A model generated the notes under the pieces. It worked only from the letters and a program-made list of their open reading frames with translations. It was not told the DNA's origin and did not search any database. From positions 1 to 54,239 of the forward strand of contig JAUVYE010000004.1 of NCBI GenBank assembly GCA_030603245.1: DNA of 54,239 nucleotides, read 5' to 3'. Shown piece by piece: positions 46,116-54,239 of the stretch. The position numbers and the translations under genes are program-made. Positions within the stretch are counted from its first letter, which is position 1, and each line of letters opens with the position of its first letter. Origin of the DNA: a bacterium. GTDB lineage: Bacteria > Patescibacteriota > Minisyncoccia > Minisyncoccales > DG-74-3.

Positions 46116-46120
46116 AATAA

Positions 46121-47386
46121 TTAAAGTTTTAAAAGTTTCTTGAATTTTGTTTTTTGCCTAAATGGACCAATTAGGGCTAAATTTAATTTTGATGGTTGAA
46201 AAATGTCTTTGGCAACTTTTAAAATATCATTGCATGTTACTTTATTAATTCTTGAAATTTGCTCTTTGGGAGTAATAATTTTATTAATCAGTAATTCTTG
46301 TCCAGCATAAAACGCACTTTGAACGTCAGAAGATTCTAAGGCTAGAGTGAGCGCTCCCTTAAAACTATCTTTAGCTTTTTGAAGCTCTGATTTGGTTATT
46401 TTTTTAGTTTTAATTCTTTTATACTCTTTTAAAATTAATTTTGTAACAGATTCTACTTTTTGATGATCTACTCCAGCTTGAGTCACTAAAAAACCTGTAT
46501 CAGTAGTACTTCGAGAACTAGTTCTAACATAGTATGCCAAACCCTTTCTTTCTCTAACAGATATCCATAAACGAGAACTCATATAACCACCCAAAATAGT
46601 AGCTAATAATGCCTGAGCATATCTCAAAGGATGAAATAAATCATATCCTCTTACGCCAAGACAAATATGAGTTTGATCTGTTTTTTTAAAATGAACTAAA
46701 ACTTGGGGCTTTTTTTGTTGTTCAATAACTTTTAATTTTTCTTTGGTCTCTCCGATTTTTATCTTTTTGAAATATTTTACAATCTTTTTTTCTGTTGCTT
46801 CAGAATTTATATTTCCTGCAATACAAATTACCGTATTTGAAGCTAAATAATTCTTTTTTCTGTAATTCAACAAATCTGTTCTTTTAAAACCTGCGATATT
46901 TTCCTTTTCTCCAATTATTGGCCAACCAGCTGGCTGATTACCATAAAGAACTATATCCCAAAGGTCTTTAACATAACTTATTGGAGTATCCAAATACATT
47001 TTTAATTCCTGCAAAATAACCCCTTTTTCTCTTTGAATTTCTTTTTCTTCAAGCCTTGAATTCAAATATATGTCTGAAACCCAATCCAAAGCTAAATCTA
47101 AATGATTAGAATCTACCTTAGCCCAATAACCAGTTTGCTCTTTATCAGTAAAAGCATTATACATTCCTCCAACCCTATCTAATGGTTCAATCAAAGCTAA
47201 AGTGTTAGGTCTTTTTTTAGTTCCTTTAAAAAACATGTGTTCTAAAAAATGAGAAATTCCATTTATTTCTCTGGTTTCATTTTTTGAACCCACTTTTATC
47301 AAAACCAAAACAGTTACTGCTTGAGTACCTTTCATCGGAACAGTAATAACTCTTAAATCATTTTTAAAGGTCCTTTTTTTATACAT
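46121..47386 (-). CDS. M16 family zinc peptidase
   Basis: GISHFLEHMFFKGT (HxxEH); SSRL...RERKGLAY. Confidence 0.92.
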   Translation of the reverse strand: MYKKRTFKNDLRVITVPMKGTQAVTVLVLIKVGSKNETREINGISHFLEHMFFKGTKKRPNTLALIEPLDRVGGMYNAFTDKEQTGYWAKVDSNHLDLALDWVSDIYLNSRLEEKEIQREKGVILQELKMYLDTPISYVKDLWDIVLYGNQPAGWPIIGEKENIAGFKRTDLLNYRKKNYLASNTVICIAGNINSEATEKKIVKYFKKIKIGETKEKLKVIEQQKKPQVLVHFKKTDQTHICLGVRGYDLFHPLRYAQALLATILGGYMSSRLWISVRERKGLAYYVRTSSRSTTDTGFLVTQAGVDHQKVESVTKLILKEYKRIKTKKITKSELQKAKDSFKGALTLALESSDVQSAFYAGQELLINKIITPKEQISRINKVTCNDILKVAKDIFQPSKLNLALIGPFRQKTKFKKLLKL

Positions 47387-47387
47387 T

Positions 47388-48716
47388 TTAACTTTCCAGT
47401 TTTTCTTTTAGAACTTTAACTAAATCTTTAATCTTTATTCTTTCTTGTTTCATTGTGTCCCGATCTCTTAAAGTAACTGTTTTATCCTCCAATGTCTGAA
47501 AATCTACTGTTACAGCAAGTAAAACTCCTGTTTCATCAATCCTGCGATATCTTCTTCCAATAGAACCAACTTGATCATACAAACAAATAAAGTGTGGCTT
47601 TAGTGTTTTGTAAATTTCTTTAGCTTTTTTAACTATTTTGGGTTTATTCTTTACTAAAGGTAAAATAGCTACTTTAATTGGAGCTAATTTTTTGTGAATC
47701 TTCAAAACAACTTCTGCTTCTTTAACCGCTTTAGTTGTTTTTGTTCTGCCACCTTTTATTTCTTGGTAAGCATTAACTAAAAAAGCAAAAAGGGATCTCT
47801 CTACCCCAACCGATGTTTCAATGATATTAGGAAAGTATTTTTCTTTTGATTCTTGGTTAAAGTATTTCAAATCCTTTCCAGAATGCTTAGAGTGATTTGA
47901 AAGATCCCAATCTCCTCGATTGTGTATTCCCTCAATCTCGCCCCAGCCAAAAGGAAACCTATATTCAATATCAACCTGTCTTTGAGCATAATGAGCTCGT
48001 CGTTTGGCTGGAATCTCTATAGCTCTTAAATCTTTTTGGGGAATGCCTAAGCTTAAATACCAATTAATTCTTTCTTTTTTCCAGAAATTAAACCACTTAT
48101 TAGCTTGTTTAGGATGACAAAACCATTGCATTTCCATTTGTTCAAACTCACGAGTTCTAAAAATAAAGTTTTTAGGATTGATTTCGTTGCGAAAAGCCTT
48201 ACCAATTTGAGCAATCCCAAAAGGAATCTTTAGTCTCATTGAATTTAAAACATTTTCAAAGTTCATATAGATTCCTTGACATGTTTCAGCTCTTAAATAA
48301 GCTGTGGAAGCATTGTCCTCTACTGGACCAACAAAAGTTTTCATCATTAAATTAAACTTTCTTGGCTTAGTAAGCTTCCCTCCGCACTCAGGACATTTAT
48401 TATCCTTAACTTCTTCTGGTTTAAATCTTTTCTTACATTCCTTACATTCAACTAACTCATCAGCAAAACCAGCAGTTAAATGACCTGATGCTTGCCAAAC
48501 CTTAGGGTTCATTAATATGGCAGCATCTAATCCAACAATATTATCATGATTATTAATCATTTCTTGCCACCAGATCTGTTTAAGATTTCTTTTCATTTCC
48601 ACTCCAAGAGGGCCAAAATCATAGCTTGAGCCAAAACCACCATAGATTTCAGAAGAAGGAAAAATAAAACCTCTTCTTTTGGTCAAAGATACAATTTTTG
48701 ATATTTTGTTTTCCAT
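47388..48716 (-). CDS. glyQS: Glycyl-tRNA synthetase, alpha2 (homodimeric) type
   Basis: RRGFIFPSSEIYGG, GKAFRNEI, FRTREFEQME, SIGRRYRR. Confidence 0.94.
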   Translation of the reverse strand: MENKISKIVSLTKRRGFIFPSSEIYGGFGSSYDFGPLGVEMKRNLKQIWWQEMINNHDNIVGLDAAILMNPKVWQASGHLTAGFADELVECKECKKRFKPEEVKDNKCPECGGKLTKPRKFNLMMKTFVGPVEDNASTAYLRAETCQGIYMNFENVLNSMRLKIPFGIAQIGKAFRNEINPKNFIFRTREFEQMEMQWFCHPKQANKWFNFWKKERINWYLSLGIPQKDLRAIEIPAKRRAHYAQRQVDIEYRFPFGWGEIEGIHNRGDWDLSNHSKHSGKDLKYFNQESKEKYFPNIIETSVGVERSLFAFLVNAYQEIKGGRTKTTKAVKEAEVVLKIHKKLAPIKVAILPLVKNKPKIVKKAKEIYKTLKPHFICLYDQVGSIGRRYRRIDETGVLLAVTVDFQTLEDKTVTLRDRDTMKQERIKIKDLVKVLKEKLES

Positions 48717-48752
48717 TGATTCATTTTATCTTATTCTTTTTAAAAGAAAAAA

Positions 48753-50399
48753 TTACTGAACAACGCCATTTTCAACAGTTGGATCATCGGGCAAACTTGT
48801 GTCTATACTATTAGTAGAAAATGTTAAAATTTCTTTTGTCCAATCATCCTGACCAATAATTTCTGCTTGCCCTATAATATCCGGGGTTTGTCCTATTTGA
48901 GAAGAATCAGGACTAAAAGCGACTTGAAAAGCTATGTTACAAGCAGAATTTAACACTCCTTCTCCAACTTTAAGATTGCCAACTCGCCAAATAATTTCTC
49001 GGGATCCAGAATCAAAAGTAAACTTTGACTCTTCGTCCTCAGGAAAAATTTCACCAGTTAATCTTACATTTTTTGACAATTTTGCTTTCACTGTTACGCT
49101 ATTAACATTGTTGTAGAAATTTTTAACTTGCCACATTATAGTATAGGTTGTTGTATCTCCAACTCTAGGGGGAACAGAACCAGAGTTACCAAAAATCTCA
49201 TCTTCAAAATAACCCTTTTGAACAATATCCATTTTTGAATTCACTTTAGTTTCAAATTCTTCTCTAGCCTGACTTAAATAAATATTGGTTTTAATCACTT
49301 CTTCTCCTTTAGAAGAAGTAATTTCCCAATTCTCTTTTAATTTAACCCAAAACTCCACTTCTCCTCGTTCTCTAACATCTAAGAATTGAAGTTCTCCCAA
49401 TCTTTTCCAATCCCATAAAATTGAATTATCTCCCTGTTCAAAATCTCCACGAGGAGCCTTAAGGCTGGTTAAATCAAGGCTATCTCCAGTCAAAGTAATT
49501 AAAAGAGATAAATCAGTCAAAGGGGTTTCGCCTATGTTTTTAAAAGAAACCTGATAGTGAAGCAAATCGCCTGGACTGGCAACATATTCTGGACTGCTGT
49601 TTATCTCTTGACTGATATAAAGAGCTGGCTTAATAATTTTTACTGTTTTTAAAATTTCTTTTAGTAAAACAAACTCGCCATCTTGCCATGTGCCAAATTC
49701 AGCTTTGAAAATCTCGTTGTCTCCAACACTACCCCTAATCTTACCAGTGATTTCAATTCTTCCACCCTCAGCTTTACTCATAGGAGGAATTTCCCATTCA
49801 ACCTCTTCTAAAGATTGGGGAGTGGATTCAACAAACTCAAAATCTGAAGGGTATTCTACTTTTATTCTTAACCCAGAAAGAGGATAGTCAATGTTTGAAA
49901 AATAATTTAAAGAAAAGGTTAAGTCTTTTCCCGATTCAACCTCAGAAGGTAAATCAAATCTAAAAGTCAATGGAATGCTCTTAATTACAGTAGTAAGAGT
50001 GGTTTTTGATTCAAAGCGTGCTTTAAGGTTTTTAGGACGATAACTTAAAGAAACTTTAGCTGTTTTTGGCTCTCCTTCTTTTCCTATAAGTCGAGCCTTA
50101 AAGGGATATGTTTTTTCTTCTCCCGGATAAATATCTTCTAATTCTATTTCCTTTCTCAAAAGATTTTCTTCAACAATTGAATAATCAGGATATTCAAAAA
50201 TTATTCTTGGCTCTTCTAATCTGACTTTTCCATTGTTTTTGTATTTAACAAGATACTCAAAATTCTCAGCAATTTCTATTGTTTCTGGTCCTAAAATCTC
50301 TAATTTCAAGCTTTCTCTTGAATAATAGTTAGAATTCCAATAGTAAATAGCGGCTGCTACCAAAAGAATCATTAAAAAAATAATAAAACCTTTTTTCAT
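48753..50399 (-). CDS. Membrane-anchored Ig-fold/DUF11-like hypothetical protein
   Basis: N-terminal TM helix; repeated beta-sandwich-like motifs (Y..N.G...L). Confidence 0.7.
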   Translation of the reverse strand: MKKGFIIFLMILLVAAAIYYWNSNYYSRESLKLEILGPETIEIAENFEYLVKYKNNGKVRLEEPRIIFEYPDYSIVEENLLRKEIELEDIYPGEEKTYPFKARLIGKEGEPKTAKVSLSYRPKNLKARFESKTTLTTVIKSIPLTFRFDLPSEVESGKDLTFSLNYFSNIDYPLSGLRIKVEYPSDFEFVESTPQSLEEVEWEIPPMSKAEGGRIEITGKIRGSVGDNEIFKAEFGTWQDGEFVLLKEILKTVKIIKPALYISQEINSSPEYVASPGDLLHYQVSFKNIGETPLTDLSLLITLTGDSLDLTSLKAPRGDFEQGDNSILWDWKRLGELQFLDVRERGEVEFWVKLKENWEITSSKGEEVIKTNIYLSQAREEFETKVNSKMDIVQKGYFEDEIFGNSGSVPPRVGDTTTYTIMWQVKNFYNNVNSVTVKAKLSKNVRLTGEIFPEDEESKFTFDSGSREIIWRVGNLKVGEGVLNSACNIAFQVAFSPDSSQIGQTPDIIGQAEIIGQDDWTKEILTFSTNSIDTSLPDDPTVENGVVQ

Positions 50400-50404
50400 T
50401 TGAA

Positions 50405-51136
50405 TTAATTAATTTGACTAAGAATAAAATTAAGGAAATTATCAGAGATATTTTCTAAATTATTTAAATTAGATTCATTAATCTTTTTTAATTTTCTGAT
50501 AATCAACCAATCTTTGTTCAAAATTAATCTTAACACCTTAATTGTTTCTGGGCTAATGTCTAGGGTTTCTTTTTTATCTTTTAAACAATTAGAGCAAATT
50601 ATTCCTCCTTGTTCTGGGATAAAACTTAAGTTTTGGGGCTTTAGCTTTTTTCCACACAAGGCACAATTATCTACTTGAGGATGATAACCCAAGACAGAAA
50701 CAAAATTCCAGAAAAAGTAATAATATATTAACGGTAAATGGTAAATGATAAATGGTAAATCGTTTAATTTTTCAAATGTTTCGCTTAATAATTTCCAAAT
50801 CTTTTCATCTGCTTCCTCTCCCTTGATCAAACCGTCTAAAAGATCAGCAATCTGATAAATAGTTTTTAATTTTTCTAAATCTTTGTGGATCTCAGAAAAT
50901 TTATCAATAACAATAGCATCAGTAAGTGTTTTATAGCTTTTACCTTGAATAAATTCTAATTCCAAAAAGGAAAACAATTGAGTATTTCCTCTTAATTTTG
51001 CTTTTATCTTTCTTATGGCCCGACCCAAAATCTTTAGTTTACCAAAGTCTTTGGTATAAATTGTAAATAACTGATCTGCTTCTTTAAGATTGTCCTGCTT
51101 GAGAATAAATCCTTGAGTACGGTAATGAACAACCAT
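50405..51136 (-). CDS. recO: DNA repair protein RecO
   Basis: EAD....YT..FGK, RKIKAKL; CxxC...GG..CxxC Zn site. Confidence 0.9.
   Translation of the reverse strand: MVVHYRTQGFILKQDNLKEADQLFTIYTKDFGKLKILGRAIRKIKAKLRGNTQLFSFLELEFIQGKSYKTLTDAIVIDKFSEIHKDLEKLKTIYQIADLLDGLIKGEEADEKIWKLLSETFEKLNDLPFIIYHLPLIYYYFFWNFVSVLGYHPQVDNCALCGKKLKPQNLSFIPEQGGIICSNCLKDKKETLDISPETIKVLRLILNKDWLIIRKLKKINESNLNNLENISDNFLNFILSQIN
50733..50760. repeat. 7-nt tandem repeat inside recO
   Basis: ggtaaat ggtaaat gataaat ggtaaat. Confidence 0.75.
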
Positions 51137-51137
51137 T

Positions 51138-53999
51138 TCACCTAACTTTTTTAATTCCTATCCATAAATTATCTTGACCAATTTTCAATTCTTTCTCTTT
51201 GTCAATATTAGAAGACCTACCATGTTTAATCTGATCTGCTTTGGTTTCATTAAGAATTTGAGTACAAGATTCTTGACGAGCTAAAATCTTTTTTACTCTA
51301 TGGCTAGCTTCGTAACTAATGGATATCCTGTGTACGGGCTTCAAACCTAATTCTTTTCTCATAGATTGAATCTGGCGAATTATTTCTCTTAGCATCCCCT
51401 CTTCTTTAAGGTCAGGAGTGATATCAGTGTCAAATTTTATGCCTTCAAGTTTTGGATCAACTATTATTTCTTTCACATTTATCTCTTCTCTAATTAGGTA
51501 ATGCAGTCTTTCCAATCCTTTTTCTTTGATCCTTATGCTTTTTAATGGCTGTCTTACTTTAATTCCTAATTCCTTTCTTTTTGCTAAGGCCAAAGAAACA
51601 ATCTCTCTTACTAAATCCATTTTCTTTTCTAAATCTGGTTTAATCTTTCTTTTATCTGCCTTAGGCCAATCACATAAATGTACAGACTCGGGCATATCTT
51701 TCTTTTTCAAAGAAAAATAGATCTCTTCAGCCAAGAATGGAATTATTGGTGCTATCAATTTTGTTAAATTCAAAAGAGTATAATATAGGACTTCTGTTGC
51801 TTCCCTTTTTTCTGTTTCATCTTTTGGTTTTTGTAATCGTGCCCTAGACCTGCGAATATACCAAAGAGATAAATCATTAATAAAAAAGTTTTCAATAGCT
51901 AAAACAGCTTGGCTAGCTTTAAATTGATCTAAGTTTTGGGTTGCTTTTTCAATTACATTATTAAGCTTAGAAATAATCCATTGATCCAAAATATTCTTAG
52001 AATTTGGGATTTGGGATTTAGGATTTGGGATTTCTTCAACATATGTTTTAAAAAAACAAAAGCTATTCCAAAGAGTTAATAGTTTCTTTTTAGCCTCATC
52101 AACTGTATTGTAACCAAATCTTAAATCATAAATAATATTTTGTCTGGAATATAACCATCTCATAGGATCAGCTCCCATCTTTTCTACCCCATCATCAAAC
52201 CAAATGGTGTTGCCCTTAGATTTATGCATTTCTTCTCCTTTTTCATCTTTAACAGTAGCATGGCCAAAAATTGTTTTAACAGGTGCTGTGTTATTCATCA
52301 CCTGACTCATAACAATAAGAGAATAAAACCAATTTTTAAATTGGCCAGGAAAGGATTCACAAATAAAATCAGCTGGAAACCATTTTTTCCAATATTTTTT
52401 GTCTGAAGAATATTTAAGAGTAGAAAAAGAAACAATTCCTGCATCCAGCCAAGGATTGCCAACATCTAATATTCTGGAAACTTGTTTGCCGCATTTTAAA
52501 CATTTAATTTTAACCTCATCTATCCATGGACGATGAGGAGAATGGTCTTCAAATTTTTCCCAACCAGAAACTGCTTTTTCTTTTAATTCTTGTTTTGAAC
52601 CAATAACTTCAAAATGGCCGCACTCGCACTCAAAAATTGGAAGAGCTAAACCCCAATATCTTTTTTTAGAAATCATCCAATCGTGCATATTATTAAGCCA
52701 ATCTATTTCTCTTTCTTTGCCAAAACTAGGAATCCACTCTATTTTTTTTACTGTTTTCTTTAAAGGTTCTCTTAAAGCATCCATTGAAATATACCATTCA
52801 TCTACTAAGCGAAAGATTAATTCTGATTTACATCGCCAGCAAATGGGATATCTATGTGTATAATTTTCTATCTTAAAAACCTTTCCTTTTTCTTTCAGGT
52901 TGTCAAAGATTAAATCTCTGGTTTCGTTTTCACCCACTGATTTGTTGGTTAGAAAATCAAATCCTTGTAAATACTTACTTTCTTCGTTTGTTGGATTAAT
53001 AACTGGAAGACTAAAGTCTTTGCTCAACTGAAAGTCTTCTTGTCCACAACCAGGAGCTATATGAACTATTCCTGTTCCCTCTTCAAAAGAAACCTCATCC
53101 CATAAAATAACCTTATGCCCGTTATTTTCTAAGGCCTGCTCAACAATAGGAAGTTCATCAAATATGCCTTCATATTTTAGACCCTCTAATTCTTTGCCTT
53201 TAAAAGTTTTAACTACCTTGCCTTCTGGAATTAAATCAACTTTTTCTTTAACAAGAATAAACGTTTCTTGTCCTTTTTTAACCTCAACATAATCTAATTC
53301 TGGATTAACAGCTAAAGCAACATTGCTCGGCAATGTCCAGGGAGTAGTTGTCCAAACCAAAAAGTAAGTGTTTTGTTTGTCTATAATTTTAAATTTTAGG
53401 AAAATTGATTTATGAACAACTTCTTTATATTCTTCAGACAAAATCTCATGTTGGGAAATAGCTGTGCCACAACGCGGACACCAAGGTACAACATCTTTAC
53501 CTTTATACAACCAACCTTTTTCATGACATTTTTTTAAAAAACTCCAAATAGTGTAATTGTTCTCATCTGACATTGTAAAATAGGAATTGTCCCAATCCAT
53601 CCACTGACCTAAACGAATTGATTGCTGGGTTTGAATCTTAGAATATTTCATTACTCTGGCTTTACAAGCTTTAACAAATTTTTCAATACCAAATTTTTCA
53701 ATGTCTTTTTTAGATTTAAAGCCCATTTCTTTTTCTACTTCTACTTCCACCCAAAGCCCTTGGCAATCAAAACCATTTTGAAATCTTTGATCATAACCCC
53801 TCATTACCTTGTATCTTTGAAAAAGATCTTTATAGGTTCTGCCCCAAGCATGATGAACACCCATTGGATTATTAGCAGTAATAGGACCATCTAAAAAAGA
53901 CCATCTTTTTTTTCCATGGTTTTTTTTCTGATATTTCTCAAAAATATTATTATCTTCCCAAAATTTTAGAATTTTATGTTCGTTTTGAACAAAGTCCAT
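51138..53999 (-). CDS. ileS: Isoleucyl-tRNA synthetase, type 2
   Basis: DGPITAN, GFDCQGL.VE, WTTTPWTLPSN, GTGIVHIAPG; signatures GVHH and EMHKS. Confidence 0.94.
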   Translation of the reverse strand: MDFVQNEHKILKFWEDNNIFEKYQKKNHGKKRWSFLDGPITANNPMGVHHAWGRTYKDLFQRYKVMRGYDQRFQNGFDCQGLWVEVEVEKEMGFKSKKDIEKFGIEKFVKACKARVMKYSKIQTQQSIRLGQWMDWDNSYFTMSDENNYTIWSFLKKCHEKGWLYKGKDVVPWCPRCGTAISQHEILSEEYKEVVHKSIFLKFKIIDKQNTYFLVWTTTPWTLPSNVALAVNPELDYVEVKKGQETFILVKEKVDLIPEGKVVKTFKGKELEGLKYEGIFDELPIVEQALENNGHKVILWDEVSFEEGTGIVHIAPGCGQEDFQLSKDFSLPVINPTNEESKYLQGFDFLTNKSVGENETRDLIFDNLKEKGKVFKIENYTHRYPICWRCKSELIFRLVDEWYISMDALREPLKKTVKKIEWIPSFGKEREIDWLNNMHDWMISKKRYWGLALPIFECECGHFEVIGSKQELKEKAVSGWEKFEDHSPHRPWIDEVKIKCLKCGKQVSRILDVGNPWLDAGIVSFSTLKYSSDKKYWKKWFPADFICESFPGQFKNWFYSLIVMSQVMNNTAPVKTIFGHATVKDEKGEEMHKSKGNTIWFDDGVEKMGADPMRWLYSRQNIIYDLRFGYNTVDEAKKKLLTLWNSFCFFKTYVEEIPNPKSQIPNSKNILDQWIISKLNNVIEKATQNLDQFKASQAVLAIENFFINDLSLWYIRRSRARLQKPKDETEKREATEVLYYTLLNLTKLIAPIIPFLAEEIYFSLKKKDMPESVHLCDWPKADKRKIKPDLEKKMDLVREIVSLALAKRKELGIKVRQPLKSIRIKEKGLERLHYLIREEINVKEIIVDPKLEGIKFDTDITPDLKEEGMLREIIRQIQSMRKELGLKPVHRISISYEASHRVKKILARQESCTQILNETKADQIKHGRSSNIDKEKELKIGQDNLWIGIKKVR
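51999..52033. repeat. 7-nt tandem repeat inside ileS
   Basis: agaattt gggattt gggattt aggattt gggattt; encodes IPNPKSQIPNS. Confidence 0.75.
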
Positions 54000-54000
54000 A

Positions 54001-54239
54001 TTAATTTATTTCTTTTAAATCTCCCATTTTCATGGGAACACCATTTTTTCTTCGTTCTAAAGATTGTTCTTGATTTAATCCGTTTATCCAGTCTTCCAAA
54101 AGCCATAAAGGATCACCATGACCAATAATTAAAATGTTTTTTTGAGTATATTTTTCTTCTATTTCTTTTAATAATCCAATTACTCTTGTTTTAACATCGT
54201 TCCAGCTTTCACCTTCAGAAGGAGCAATGGTAAACTTTT
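54001..54239 (-). CDS. Histidine phosphatase (phosphoglycerate mutase) family protein, 3' part only
   Basis: Manual translation gives ...PSEGESWNDVKTRV...NILIIGHGDPL...KEIN-stop; 5' end lies outside the window. Confidence 0.75.
   Translation of the reverse strand, partial: KFTIAPSEGESWNDVKTRVIGLLKEIEEKYTQKNILIIGHGDPLWLLEDWINGLNQEQSLERRKNGVPMKMGDLKEIN

Noticed and set aside
8045-53894. Many 60-125 aa ORFs antisense to or nested in housekeeping genes
   Set aside because: Shadows of well-supported genes, with no recognisable motifs or initiation signals.

Overview
AT-rich bacterial chromosome segment. Gene content and style suggest a CPR/Patescibacteria (Parcubacteria-like) genome; this is inference. 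Bases ~7,850-54,239 are mostly housekeeping genes, mainly on the minus strand: clpB, htrA, comEC, nrdDG, ftsAZ, hisS, topA, tRNA-Leu, murA, iorAB, nagB, leuS, metG, glyQS, recO, ileS. Bases 1-7,830 are different. Nine direct-oriented ~34-bp sites (GCTCC-N7-GGAC-GATGTT-AGAACC-TGTTTT consensus) and a terminal tRNA 3' fragment delimit nine cassettes of 0.37-1.6 kb. Each cassette carries 1-2 unrelated small genes, usually with its own promoter and terminator. The left and right arms of the sites are re-assorted around the GCTCC core. Each right arm encodes a variant 'L[PR]xxDx[VIF]RT...stop' peptide in a conserved frame. This looks like an integron-like but attC-independent gene-cassette array built from tRNA-like att sites, probably driven by a recombinase outside the window. 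Several core proteins also have notable motif variants: tailless FtsZ with a T7-loop D-to-N change, GVHH-type IleRS, Cys-to-Asp MurA, archaeal-type IPK and a short IorA.
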